Counted from the whole stretch's first letter, positions 22,081 through 35,392 are shown. The stretch is DNA of 62,641 nucleotides, filler included, from Choristocarpus tenellus KU-1152 (GCA_964200185.2; 10 parts of 10 records of this genome joined end to end with filler, not necessarily neighbours in it), one strand, 5' to 3'. Translations and numbers: made by a program. Notes: generated by a model from the sequence alone, not told the origin.

Positions 22081-24846
22081 CTCTGCATGGAAGGCGTGCT
22101 TGCACGGCAGCCGGCACAGCTCATCCCCCTCCTGGTAGGCCTCAATGCAAATGCTGCAGTCCACCAGGCCAAACAGTGCCCGCCCCTGTCCACTGCTCTC
22201 ACTGCAATTATGACTCCTCCCTCTTTCTGCCGCTGACAGCGACTCCACTCCCATATCACTCCCGCCCTGCTCCCGAAGAACAATTTCCCCTTCCTCCTCC
22301 CCTCCCTGTCCCTGCCCCTCCCTAGCCCCCTTCCCCACCTTGGAATCTCGTGTTTGAGATGAATCCCTCCTATCTCTGAATGCTTCCCCCCTCCCCCCTG
22401 TGATTGTTGCAGTGACTTCATGCCCCCTCCCTCTCTGCATTTCTCCCGGTCCCCTTCGTGACTTTGGTTTGCCCTGTACCTTTCCAAGGCTAGAATCTGA
22501 ACCTGAACCTACCCTAAGCCCTAATCCGGCAACACTTCCTGCCTCCACTGAACCACTGGCGTTGCCACATTCCACATCCCCTGCATGAAATATGAAATGC
22601 TCGTAAGTTTCGCGCATGCGCTTCGGGACCCCCTTGCGCTGATGCTGCCTGGGTCCATTAGCCTAGAACATACAGATCATGTCCGAGGACGAGCAGAGGG
22701 AAAGGGTTAGTAGGGAGGGGGGGGTGAGGGTTCAAACATTATGGCAGGAGTAGTGTGAGGTACGTTTCGATCTGACCTAGGGTGAGGGAGAAGAGGGTGA
22801 GGTGGTGCCTCAGTCGGCTGTAGCTGAGGTGGTAACAGGATATCAATGCACTGATATCAATTTTTGCTGTCGTCTTTAGAATGCATACTTTTCTAAACCT
22901 CCCTCTACACCAAGCCTTTTGGTTAATGACAATGAGTCTCATCCCCATCTGGTGAGTCTCCCTCCAGGCTGTACTACAATGGTGTGGATGTGCTGTGCAA
23001 GGTGCTCATCAAGGAGACTTTCTAACAAAACGTGAGTTCGATGCAAGATGATCAATTTAGTGTATCACTGATTTTCTCGCTGAAAATTTGTGCACTTCAT
23101 CTTCGATTTTTTTTTTCACACTTCCTAAAAAAAAAATCAAACTCTGACCACGAGTGGAAGAAAATTGTAGTAATGTAAACTTGCATGAATACACTCTACT
23201 ACCTACAGAACCTCTTTGATTCCACATGGCCATAAGAGTGCCCTTCTAGCAAAGCAAAATGGAGTTAGGTTTCACACATTACTCCCATTATTATAAAAAG
23301 AAAATAAGCGCATACATATAATATCACTGGATCATCTATGGACATGCAGTTGAAACGCTGGGGTGTGAACACTCTTGGAAGAAAAAAATAACAAGGAAGC
23401 AAGAAGGTTTGTGTTGGAGTCCCTCAATGGGTGACACTATGAAAATCAGGTTTATTACCACCACAGCAGCTAGGGGAATCTATAAGAACATTCACTGGAA
23501 CAAGCCCACATCAATCAATTTGAATTGGTATTCTGTTCCTATTCATCTTTGAGCATGTGTATGCACAAACACAGATTAACTCCCCCCAATCCTTCCTCCT
23601 CTCACCCTCCTGTGGAAGGTGTATGACCACAACAATAAGGGTGGAGAGGAACAGATTCGATTGGAACGAAAAGTAGTCCCTACAGCCTTACAAGTGTAAC
23701 AATCGTAATCATTATTGATACCTGCTAAGGTTCAAAAAAAGAAATACTTCAAGTTCTACTTTCACCTCCTCAACACTATTGCCTACCTCCATCTCCGCAA
23801 GCTGTAGATCTAATCTCTCGTTCTCCAGCGCTGCAAGAGCCACCAATCGCCTTCGATAACCGCACGCACAAACCACTGTGCCTATGAACAAGATCCCTAC
23901 CAGTCCCACGGCCTGGTCGTAATGTTGCTGAACGTGTGGGTTGAGAAAACAGAGACCGGAACATCATTCAAGGTTGGGGGGGGGGAGGAGGAGAAGTGAG
24001 GACTACACGTTAAGGGCTGGTGAGAACGGAGGACTGGTGAGCAGAACACCCCCCCCCATCGTTGAATCCCCCAAACAACTGCATGAGTTTTCAAAGGACA
24101 ACGAAATAAGGAAAGGGTAACGAAGAAGCAAATAACACAAGGACCCAAAGGTTCCAGGGGTGCGTGTGTGCGCTTAGGAGGAGGTGAAGAACATAGTTCA
24201 AATATCCGAATATGTGGGCATGTGCAAATCTATGTTTGGAGTGGTGAAACAGCTTATCTCCACTCACTGATATTGGTAGAAAATACCCATCACGGGAGTC
24301 AGCGACAGTACGCTCGAACTCGAAAGGAACATGTAAAGACGAGATATAATTCACGGCGCCGACCTTGGATAGTAACTTCGGTATTGCACGATGTCTTCAG
24401 TTACAAGAGTTACATCCCTATGTTTCACAATCTTTCCGTTCTTTTGCTCTTACTTCTTCACTCCTTCCGTCACTTACCTTACGGATGGCGTCTATCCAAC
24501 CCCACACGAGTACTGCAACGAATGCGGACACAAATCCAAGCAGTACCAAGTTGCACGCGTCGCCATGCTCCCAGCGGATAGAATCATCCCATGATCCCGC
24601 AACTCCCACGCCCACTGCACTTGGTGAGAGGCCACCTGCAGGGGCTATAGGTAGATCCTCACTTGTTCTTCTCCTAGAACCTCTAGACAGAGATTCTTCT
24701 TCCAGTCCTGGTGTATCCCGCGAAGCACCGGAGCTGGGGTACATTCCAGAGAGAGTGAACTCGCCCCTCCTGGAAGTCGTAGGATCATGGGGAGAGACCT
24801 GCGAAATCCGTTGATTCCTACCCCCTACCAGTTCAGACTGAGGCAT
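22081..24846 (-). CDS. Transmembrane RING-H2 (ATL/RNF-like) E3 ubiquitin ligase; last exon(s) not located
   Basis: Phase-0 exons at 24846-24478, 23912-23787 and 22662-22081. Two hydrophobic helices (LVLLGFVSAFVAVLVWGW; AVGLVGILFIGTVVCAC) followed by DCSICIEAYQEGDELCRLPCKHAFHAE, the first six ligands of a RING-H2. Confidence 0.85.
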
Positions 24847-25900
24847 AACCAATTCAGCTATAATTGAAGCAGTAGGAATGCATCAACGGTCAATGTGCTT
24901 GCTATGCACATTTCGCAGTTCACAGATAACAGTGTCGTCTCAAGGAAACCAAGGTTACCCCTCCAATATCTAAACTACATGCAACAAGGTGGGAGGTGAT
25001 AAATCATCAATTCTGTTTTCAGTTAATTTTTTGTTTGACCATCCTGACAGAATTTTATGTCTACCCGTACAGATAATCACTAATCATCAAAGAACCCAAC
25101 CATTTTTTGAGTCTTTTTGTAGGAATAAAATCGGCGATTTCTCCCTTCAGTACTGGCAGTCACCTCCTGCATCAACTTTGTTGTGCCATAACTTTTGATC
25201 AACAACGAATTTTTTCATTCAAATACGTTTGTTGTAATCGCATAATCATGCCCAACCTTATTCGATGGGTCTTGGTTGGCCAACTTACAGTATTCGTGAG
25301 AAATAAAGGACCATACTTGAATCAAGTAGTTCGCGCGCGGTTCTCGCGGGGATGCCATGCGGCGTGCGCGAACAGCGCATTCAAGAACGATTTGGACGCT
25401 GGAAGAGGCCATCTTCATCCAGAGAACATATGCGCGTTGTTGTCTCTTCATTCTCTTTCCATTATTTCCCGTTTATGTGATGTCACCTGGTGACTAAGGC
25501 TCAGTCATGGGGCCCGGGCCTCTGAACCAGATAATCCATGCCAAGTCAAATGAGGTATTCTGAAGGTGAGGCCTCCTGTGAGACTTAAATGTCTTGTACA
25601 CCCTGTCCAATATGGTGCACTCCAAGCTTTTCTCAATGGAATGTATCAGGTGGTAAGCAATGCTCATCCTGAAGAACTAACCCGCAATTTCTCTGGACAG
25701 CCCCCTTCCTCCTTATGACTGACAGGAATGTTGGCTCTCATTCCAGGCAATGTGTAGTCACCGTGGCCTCATACATAGTGCTTCGCCCGCCCCCAGATCA
25801 TCTCTATCAAGTTCAATTCATAGTATCCTGTGAGAGGCAGGCCACAATTCGGAGGTCATTATGCGTCACAGTATCCCGTGAGCGGCTTAAACAGTATTAA

Positions 25901-26271
25901 GTCAAGGTTAGCCCACGTACCGTTTTGGCGGGTACCAATCTTGATTTTTCTTGAAAAGGCTGCCCAACGAGTTAATCGACGATCAGCATATCAAATGAAA
26001 GCTCTGGATCTATGCTATCGATTTATGCAAAGGAATTATTTCGGAAAAAATATTTTTGGTCGTAATAATTCATTCCGAAACATTTTCAAGGTTGTGCCGA
26101 AAACAATCCGTTAAAATTTAACCTTACCAAAATATTTTTCCGAAAGAAAACAGAAATCGATACCTTAGATCAAAAGCTTTCATTCGATATCCTGATCGTC
26201 GTTTAACTCTTTGGCAACCTCTTCAAAAAAATCACGACCAGTCTGATCCTAGAGGTGACTGCCACACTATA
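25901..26271. mobile_element. Palindromic MITE with ~110-bp inverted arms (Kolobok-like, tentative)
   Basis: Arm 25942-26060 is an imperfect reverse complement of 26126-26234 (ACGATCAG.ATATC.AATGAAAGCT..GATCTA..TATCGATTT...TTCGGAAAAA.TATTTTGGT). TATTAA lies on both flanks. Confidence 0.75.
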
Positions 26272-26439
26272 TTAAAATTGGACTTGTTTGTCGTATAGAA
26301 AAATGTTTACCACGGAGTTTTCTCCACCTTCTCGTCAGAAATCGGAGGGTCAGAGGATTGGTAAGGTGGTTCCCATACCCGGTATCCAGCACTCAGTAAT
26401 CATAACTCAAAAACCCAGACCCGACTAGGAAGGGTCGTC

Positions 26440-26930
26440 ATCGATAATATACTCATCCACCAGCAATGGTGTAGCTGCTGCTGGAGTTGAGGCGCGAAAG
26501 CGCGCCCACTACGAGGACTCTTTTAACCCTCGTAGTTACAACCTCAACACCTTCGCGGTGGAAAGTTTTGGGCGCGTCGGCAAGCAAGTGGAAAGTATTC
26601 TGGATGAGGTAGCTACGTACGCGATAGGGAGGAGAGGGACAGGAAGTTATAGCAGGGAGGGGGCTGTCAAATCCTGTCTACGACAGATCATTTCTGTCAC
26701 AACACTGGCAGCCCTATCTAGACGGGTCATGCGCCTTAAGCTGGAGACACCAGGGAGATGGGCAAGGAAGGGCTTGTTAGATTCGTGGAATGCCTCCCTT
26801 ACCCCTCACCCTGGAGTACAGGACTAAGCTAGGTTAGAGGTGCAGGAAGGGAAAGTTGTAGCATAACTGGCAGTAAAATAGCGAATAGATTTATGTTTTT
26901 CACATTTATTACAACTGTTACTTTTTTAGG
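26440..26930 (+). mobile_element. Non-LTR retrotransposon 3' end with restriction-like endonuclease motif (CRE-like), copy 1
   Basis: AAAGVEARKRAHYEDSFNPRSYNLNTFAVESFGRVGKQVESILDEVA...LRQIISV is the K..Y / E..G motif of RLE domains, followed by a 3' UTR. Confidence 0.75.
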
Positions 26931-27852
26931 GTTTATTCTGACATGTGAATAGTTTTTGTTGATTTTTGGAGGGTTATTACACTCTTACAATTATTACATA
27001 CAACTCTGATGTTATACAAGAAGAGGACAAATCGAACACAACCAAGTGTGAGTGGCATGTACATACACCACACATATAAAAAAGGTAGGTGGAGTATTAG
27101 ATTGTAGAATTTCCCACCTTCCTACCACAATTAGTGGTGGTAAATAGTACCATTATATAGTATATACAAGGATGAGATTATATGTATGTACATGTTTATT
27201 ATTTCATGGGCTTTGCCTACTATAAAAAAATGATTGACTGTACTGTAGCCTACTGTACTGTAACCTTGAGGAGTTGGTCAATCTTGATGATCTTCTTACA
27301 ACAACTACGCTCTATGGGGAAACCTGGACATCTTCAAGGGGAATAGAAAGCCTCAAGCCTTCCTTTTTATCGTCAACGTATGTTATTGTGAAGTGGATCG
27401 GAGCACCCAAGCAGCGTTATTTGTTGTGTTATCTAGGCACATAATAATCTAATACACTACCCAAAAATCAACGTTCCCCCCTTCTAGGTAGGTATCATGT
27501 TAGGTAGGCACGGTAGCTTGGTGATGATGGAACCATTTCAATGGTGGCATATGTAAAGCGGACAACATCTCTTGCGGAACAAACTTATACACTACACCGC
27601 CAAGGCACCGCTAATGCCGCCCCTGATTGCAAATATCAACAGCACCTCGATACTTGATGCCTTCAACACGAGGTAGAGCTTCTAAGTGTTAAGTGTGCCT
27701 TGCCAGCCAACGTGAGCACAAAGTACGCCCTAAGGCGATCTCCTACTCAATAATTCAATGTTTGGTAATATCGATGGATTGCAGGTACAAGGGAAGAGGA
27801 GGTGACATTGTCTTGCGATAGCTACATGTGCCCAAAGTTTGGAGACTTGCAA

Positions 27853-28210
27853 TAGTTTTGGGCGCCTCGGTAAGCAAGCGGAAAGGTTTCTGGACGAGTT
27901 GACTACACACGCGATAGGGGGGAGTGGAGAGGGGCAGGAGGCTGCAGCAGGAAAGGGGCTGTCAAATTCTGTCCACGACAGAAGTGTCTGTCAACACACA
28001 AGTAACCCTATCTAGGCGTGTCACGCATTTTAAGCTTGAGACAACAGGGAGATGGGTAAGGAGGGGCCTGTCAGATTCTTGGGATGCTTCCCTAGGTCCT
28101 TGCCCTGGAGTGCAGGACTAAGCTAGGTAGGAGGCAGAGGAGGGTGGCGGTGTAGCATAGCTGATAGAAAATGTCTTTCACATTTACTACAACTCTTACT
28201 TTTTCAGGGG
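27853..28210 (+). mobile_element. CRE-like non-LTR 3' end, copy 2 (5'-truncated, frameshifted)
   Basis: Aligns by eye with 26563-26930, including AGTTTTGGGCGC, CTGGAGT.CAGGACTAAGCTAGGT and TTCACATTTA.TACAACT.TTACTTTT. Confidence 0.8.
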
Positions 28211-30295
28211 TTCTTTGGTTTCATTGGTTTTCCCCTGCCTGACAAATTTCCAAAAAGTTAGAGGGCGTAATAATGTAATAAGCACTACTATCATCCTCAT
28301 ATTGTTTGTACGAGTATTATTTTTTGTTTATGTTAATTTATTTGTCTCACTCTCACTTCAAAGTCATTCGAATCTATAATTGATAGCAGGAAAGATAATG
28401 TAAGAATAGAGAGGAGGAACTAAAGGGGAACAAAATACCCATGAAAACCAACAGAAGAAACTGAAAGAAAGAAACCCAACATGAACGGTGTGATTCTGTG
28501 GCGGTGTGGTTCACACATGCAAGGCTGGTGAAGAGAATCACCGAGGAAGACGAACCAGACAGACCAAGACGAACCGTAACCGAGAAGACAAGGTTAAGGT
28601 TGGACAAGTATAAGACTGCTTGTACAAAACTGTGAAGACTGACAGACTAAGGATCATGTGAGAGAGGATCATCAGAAATGTCAAGACATGAGAACGAAGT
28701 GAATCTTTCATATTTGACAACTCTGAATGAAGAGCAGTCCTATCTGTGGAACTGGTCTCTTGAAGAGATTACATGGATTCATTCTCAAGGAAGATCCTCC
28801 ACTGGAATCAGGGGTTCTTGAAAGGAACCTCAATCGGTATAACTGTATATCGGTATATGACATACGGCAGTAGCGGTATAATAACAAACCTGCTTTCCAC
28901 ATCACCCCCCTTTCTGATTGGCCTTGAGCCATGTAAACATGATTCAAGGTCAACCAAAAAGTGAGCTCAGGGAACAAAGTGGGAAACATGTGTGACTGTT
29001 AGTATACTATTGCGCCATTATATTACACAACTCCATTAATACAAAATAGAGTGTAATATATAAACGAGGCATTATGGAATATCTGATAGGATATCATTAG
29101 CCTAAGGTTGATGGTATGTGGTCAGCATACCAATCAAGCTTACAAGGTCTGAGAGTATGGGATCAGCATATCAATCAACCTAGAGACGAGTCGAGAGGTA
29201 TAAATGGGCAACATGTAAGTCTCTATTATATTGCATAAAACAGAGGATACTCAGAATGGGTATATGGGGAGCAAACACAATACAATGTCGATAAATGTTT
29301 TGACTAGCGTTTGTGATCTGGCATCGGTATACGAGTGATATACAATGATTTTGATCACCACTCTAATCCGTGAAAAGAACATCGCGTGTTACATTATCAA
29401 TATCTTACACAGTAGACGACGAGATCAAATATGTGCACCCATTCTCCTTCCTCAAATTCTGACAACGATTGGAATATTGTTCACAACGACTACAATATTC
29501 CAAGTGGACAACTCAGACGTACGATGTTGGTGGCTTAACTCTCCAAAACCGATACGAGGTGACTGTACGGTCATTACATCATGTAGGGGGGATCATGTCA
29601 CTCGAAAAATAAAAAAATAACATGTATGACTCACCTGAAGTCTCCATCTCTTACCTAGTGGTAGACTTGAACCTATGTTTTTAATGGGGTTAGTAATTTC
29701 ATGGTGATCAATAAATCCATTTCATGACAACATGACATGATGTAATGAACAGCTAGCTACCCTTAGCACACGGGTGCTATTGTATCCGATGATACAGTCT
29801 CTTCACTACTGCATGTGTCCACTCATGAAAACAAGGAGATTTGAGAGATAAAAATTAATTGTAATATTCATTTATGTAAATGCCACCAATATATATGTAG
29901 TCTATTTGTAAGGATTGATATACCTGGTAAACACGAGATGTCAAGTCAGAGCTAGTCGTGAATAGGCTACCTGACATCTCTTACCAGTTATCTAATTTTC
30001 TTACAAAACGATAGACTGTACCTATCTATGACAAAATGACAGACAAACGATTGCCTAAACCAGATAGTCTCAACCTATGCAATCGTTACTAGATGGTCAA
30101 CCTATGCAGTCGTTTATAGATATGAATTCCAATCTATCCGTTCGTACACAAGAACAATTATGGACCAACCACCATCCAAAAGGATAAAGGTGATAAACCA
30201 AGGAGATTGCTTGATGTCTGTAGAGTGATTGATTAAAGCTAAGTGGGGCATGCAGCACCCCATACAATCAGAAATATTTCCTTTTATATGAGAAA

Positions 30296-31750
30296 TGTTA
30301 TCATACAGCTAATCACTGATAAAAGGTTCTGATAACTTAATCACTAATGATTGTTCTCTCACTCCATATACAGTTACCACAACTGTTCCATAGAGTTGGA
30401 AGAGTATAATCGAACACCCTCCCTAGCTCAAACAACTCTTGAGAACTGACAAGGTACAATAATGGATCCTAAGAGACTCCTCAGGTCGATCCTGTATGAC
30501 GAGAAAACAACCAGCTATTGAACTCACTGAAAAAAAACAATCCAAACAGACAAAAAGAAATTCAAATTCAGCAAGAAACAAACCAATAAACATACTCTAA
30601 ATTTAGCAAAGCCCCTGCATGCCTCCAAAAAGATTCTTCTGCTAAAGGCTTGGTCAACACATTTGCATGCTGCTCATCTGAGATAACATTGTAATCACTA
30701 TTTGTCCATTGGCTACCAAGTCCCTTAGGAAATGATGTCGCACATCTATGTGCTTAGTCCTCCCAGAACTCAAAGGGTTGTTGCCAAATGGATGGCTCCT
30801 GTGTTATCCTCATAAACTACATAACACAACCTAGTTCCTATCAGGTTGCAAGAACTCCAACACACCTCGCAGAAACAACAACTCCTTCACATAGTCCCCC
30901 ATGGCTATGTATTCTGCCTCCGTAGTCGACTGTGCTATGACACGTTGGGTCCTAGAAAGTCAAGCAACTGCTGCCCCCCCACACATCACTGCCCCCCCCC
31001 GATACAGAACGTCTGTCAAAGGACTCACTGGCAAAATCCGCATCAGCGTAGGTCATCAAATCCAATCCTGTGACTTTCTGGTCGGTCAGGCCCAACTCTC
31101 GCGTCCCTTTGAGGTACTTGAGGATCTGGGTCACAACTCTCCAATGTACTTGACTCGGAGCAAGCGAATGACGGGCAACAGCTTTACTGCATTAGCCACA
31201 TCTGGTCTGGTCATGTTTCTGACCCACAACATCCCTCCAACCGCCTCTCGGAAGGGACAAACCTTTGAGATATTATCCCCCTCCCTAATTCCAAGCTTTC
31301 TGAAAGGGGCTGCAGAGATGGGAGTGGTTGATTGGATGGAAAAATGTTCACACAAGTTGTCAATGTAGTTAGTCTGGGTAATGGAGAGGGTACCACGCTT
31401 CCAATCTCTTGTGTAAGTGCGACCAGAAAACTGAGACGATAAGCGAGGTTTTGGTGGGGACTCTTTATTCAGGGAGGCACAAAGGTCATTGCAATCATCA
31501 CCAGACGCCAAAACCATCATATCATCTACACGAATGACAAGTATCATCTTGACACACCATCCCTCCTGAGTGTAAACATACACGGGTCAAATAGTCACTG
31601 CTCAGAACCATTGCGCTTAAGGGTGGAAACCAGATTGGTATTCCAAGTCTTAGAGGCTTGCTTTAAACCATACAGGGACCTGTGAAGGTGTATGGTCGTA
31701 TAGGAGAGATCTCCACATCCCTGTCGGAGGTGTATGTACACTTCCTCATC
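30296..31750 (-). mobile_element. Ty1/copia LTR retrotransposon relic (RT-RNaseH, PPT, start of 3' LTR)
   Basis: SLYGLKQASKTW, RVDDM, TRPDVANAV, ILKYLKGT, YADADFA..DRRSVSG, STTEAEY, EDNTGAI and RTKHIDVRHHFLRD, with frameshifts. PPT AGGGAGGG (30424-30417) is directly followed by TGTT. The LTR end is uncertain. Confidence 0.93.
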
Positions 31751-32133
31751 NNNNNNNNNNNNNNNNNNNNNNNNNNNNNNNNNNNNNNNNNNNNTTAATT
31801 AATTAANNNNNNNNNNNNNNNNNNNNNNNNNNNNNNNNNNNNNNNNNNNNAGAACAGAGTAAACAAAAACCAAACCCAATGAAAGGAAGCGACCCCCCCC
31901 CAGAAAGCCCGATCATCCCCCACCCCCCCCCCCCCCCCCCCCCCCCCCCCATCCCCCCAAATATTAAAAGAAAACCCCCCATCAAAATAAACCCTTTTGC
32001 TCACATACTATCCATACACCCAGGATAAACCCTAACCCTAACCCTCAACACACACCCAATACCTCTAACCAAAAACAAAGATTACATATTACAAAAAAAG
32101 GTTTGAGTGACCCGGAATGAAGTATTCACTCAC

Positions 32134-33471
32134 CTAGAAAGCGTTGATAGTGAACATCCCCCCCTCCTCCATCGCCACCTCCAGTCCCACTCCCGCTACC
32201 TCTTCTCATCAAACCACCCCTTCCTTCACTGACTTCGCTTCCAGTGCCCTTCCTGGTCATGAGAGTGGAGGCATCCATTGGAAAGTCGCTCTGAGTCACC
32301 CCCCTCCAGTCACAGCTACCCTCTCCTTCCTCAACAGGAATATCCTTCACAAGGGTGTTGGGATGGAGTGGAAAAAGGGAAGGGGCTGTGTCCTTGATAG
32401 CACGGATGACAAGCCTGAGCTTACCCCTCCTTTCCTCCACCAAAGAGACTGGGTCCACTGAATGCGCCACTGCTTCCCTCACAGAGGTGTTTACTTTGGG
32501 GACAAATTCAGATTCTGTGTATGACGCCAATTGCTTGAATTCGCTGAAGTAGCCAAGAAATTGTGGAGAAGTGTGGGGGGGGGGGAGATGAGGGTCAGGA
32601 GCGCTCAAGGGTACATTTGGATAGAAAAGAGCTGTGAATAGTTCATTAGGGTTAGGGTTAGGGTAGGGTTCTTCGTTAATCCTCAACCTCCTAATGAAAA
32701 AATCAGACAAATTGCTAGGTCCAAACTTTGCACAATGCCATAAGTCTGATCCAGGTAAAAAAGCGACAGCTGGTACTGTACCATAGAGCAACGAACATTA
32801 TAGTACCTACTGTGGTCCGAGTCACTGGTCCAATCCAACGGTGTGTCATCAATCCAATGCAGAGGTGCCATCTCATAACACTATCACGAACCTTTTTGTA
32901 GAAACCACCACCTGCACTACTGTACCTGCACTACTGTACCCTATCCTGACCAAAAAAGGTACAAGTGTTCCGTCAATAAATCAATACCCAAACAAACACA
33001 ACGGGGCCAACATAATCAACAACCCATCACAGAATACCTCCATAAACCAAAGCCAACCCCCACCTGTTGTCAACAACTCTCTCCGCCATCGGCTGTTGAT
33101 GCAACGTCTCCAACCCACAAACACCAGAAACCTCCTCCTCCTCCAGCCCAACAGTTCCCTTGCCTGTTTCAGCCCCCCTCCCCCCACCGAAACACCCCTC
33201 CCTAACCCTACTACGACAGCCAGATTGTTGAACTTCATCACCATCGCCCAGGAAGTACGTAGAAACCCCTACCCCTCCTCCCCCTCCCTCCTCCTTCCCA
33301 GTGTGGAACGCCGAGGAAGAAGAGGGTTGTTGAATCGAGGGAATCTTGGATTCAATCACGTCGTTCTTGATCCCCCGTAGTGCAAGAGGGCAGGCATCGA
33401 TTGTCTCGTCTTCAAGGGCAGCGAAGTGCATGGACACCGAAACTCTCTCTCCACCGATGTCCTTTTGCACC
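32134..33471 (-). CDS. Internal exons of an unidentified protein-coding gene
   Basis: Open, splice-bounded segments at 33471-~33210, ~32880-32807 and 32543-32134 (VSMHFAALEDETIDACPLALRGIK; EFKQLASYTESEF...ERRGKLRLVIRAIKD...DVHYQRFL|gtgagt). No family recognised. Confidence 0.6.
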
Positions 33472-34801
33472 CTGGGTTCAGAGTTGAAGGGTTCAAGGAG
33501 AGGGGTCCAGGGTCTAGGGCTCAGGACTCGAGGTTAGGAGGCACAGTCCAGGGTTCAGGGTCCAAAGTTCCACTTTCAAGTTACAAAGGTTCAGGGTTCC
33601 TAAGGGTTAGGGTTATAAATGACGGGGTCAATATCTTGTACGCCTCCTGTAATACTAGTTCGTGAAGTAACCGACTTCAGGTTGGGGTGTCTCAAGTGCA
33701 AGGGAGAACGCCACTTTGCTGGACTTGACAAATTAAGGTACATTGGCTCATCTTGATAAAAATTGCATTCAGGATGAGTGCTGCTTCTATTTGACGTAAC
33801 CCCTGTCTTGTGTTGTCGCGTGATTGCTATGTCCTCAATTGTAGGGTTATGTAGGGTGAAACCCATGGTCCAAGGGGAAGAGGCATAGGCTCATTGGTGT
33901 TTGGTACAATGACCTGTAACAGAGAGGAATGGTAGGTGTGGGACTTGGGACCTTGGAATAGAGGTACTGGGTTGGGGAACATGATCAAGGGAAATACCAC
34001 TGACACTGGGGATAGATAGGACTGTGATCAAAACAGGATCAAGACGTACCGGGGGAGGGGGTAGGAACATGCCAAGATAGGACCCAAAGGTACTGGTTTT
34101 GGGATCATGGCCAGGTAAGGAAGCAATGGCACCCAGGGTGGAGGGCGGGACCATGAGGAAGAGAGGAAACACAGGTGCTTGGATGGAGTGAAGTTAGGGT
34201 TAGGGATCGTGGCTAAGAGGAGAACAACGCACACTCAGCTGTCAAGGCACATGTAGACAAGGGAGACTATCCCACCGCTGGATGGCCTCTATATTCTATA
34301 ACATCATGTTCTATCACATTATACAATAAAAATAAAAATAATGACCCAGAAATTGTGAAAAAAAAATTCACGCGATTATAGATCATACAACAACGAGTGG
34401 AGAAATTCGAGAGAAAAAAAAATGAAAGGGGCCTTCTTATTGGTCAGTGGAAGTAGTATCACTAGCCATTTTCGCAATGACGACAAATGGCTGACCAATG
34501 AGGAGGCTTGAACCCTTTTAATATTCTAATATGTTGTTGTAAAATGTATAACCACCACAAGAAGCTCACTACCAATGCCAAATCTCATAGTGCTATAGGC
34601 CTGTTACAGAGGCAGAGGTGGGACTAACCCTACTGATCCTAATCCCCAATATCACTAGTATAGTTATATTTCACCAGTATCACTGTTATTAACATTGCCA
34701 ACATCAGTATCATTGTTATTATTACCAATATTATGATTGATCTCATGATCATGAGATTGGTTGATCCTCCCTATACTCCAGTCAAGTCAAACAAACTAAT
34801 A

Positions 34802-34813
34802 TACTACTATTAC

Positions 34814-34852
<39 letters not shown>

Positions 34853-34860
34853 TACTACTA
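34802..34860. repeat. (TAT/TAC)n microsatellite
   Basis: Direct reading. Confidence 0.9.
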
Positions 34861-34977
34861 ATACAAAAAATAAAATGGAATAGACTTTTCAATTATTGAC
34901 TAACAAAGAAAAAAAACTTGAAGTGTTACATCTAGGGCTGTAGAAGGGTTAGGCTGAGTATTCAACAGGGGCATTGA

Positions 34978-35020
<43 letters not shown>

Positions 35021-35338
35021 ACTAGAAACACACACGAGGTCATTATCTTCATGGCTAATACTACAATTTGCGAATAGATTGTGCCTAACTGATTGGGGAA
35101 TGATCCAGTGCTTATTGCTTATCTCATGGTGATGTCTAAAAAAAGGCGTACCTTTTTTTTGTACTACTAATAACAGTGCAACTCGACGAGTTATGAATGT
35201 CGCCTGTTTTAGTGCAACATCACATCTAAAACTCAACTCCACTCTGATTCACGGATTCCAGCCATCGACCTCCGTGAAAGAGACAAGAGGATAGGATCTA
35301 AAACACAATACACCAAGGTTTAACAACTTGATCAGGGG

Positions 35339-35392
35339 GATAGGATAGGATAGGATAGGACAGGACAGGATAGGATAGGATAGGATAGGATA
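35339..35392. repeat. (GATAG/GACAG)n pentanucleotide microsatellite
   Basis: Direct reading. Confidence 0.9.

Noticed and set aside
28400-28990. Helitron/PIF1 helicase relic (LTTLNEEQ)
   Set aside because: No intact Walker A or other helicase motif follows; a single short motif is insufficient.
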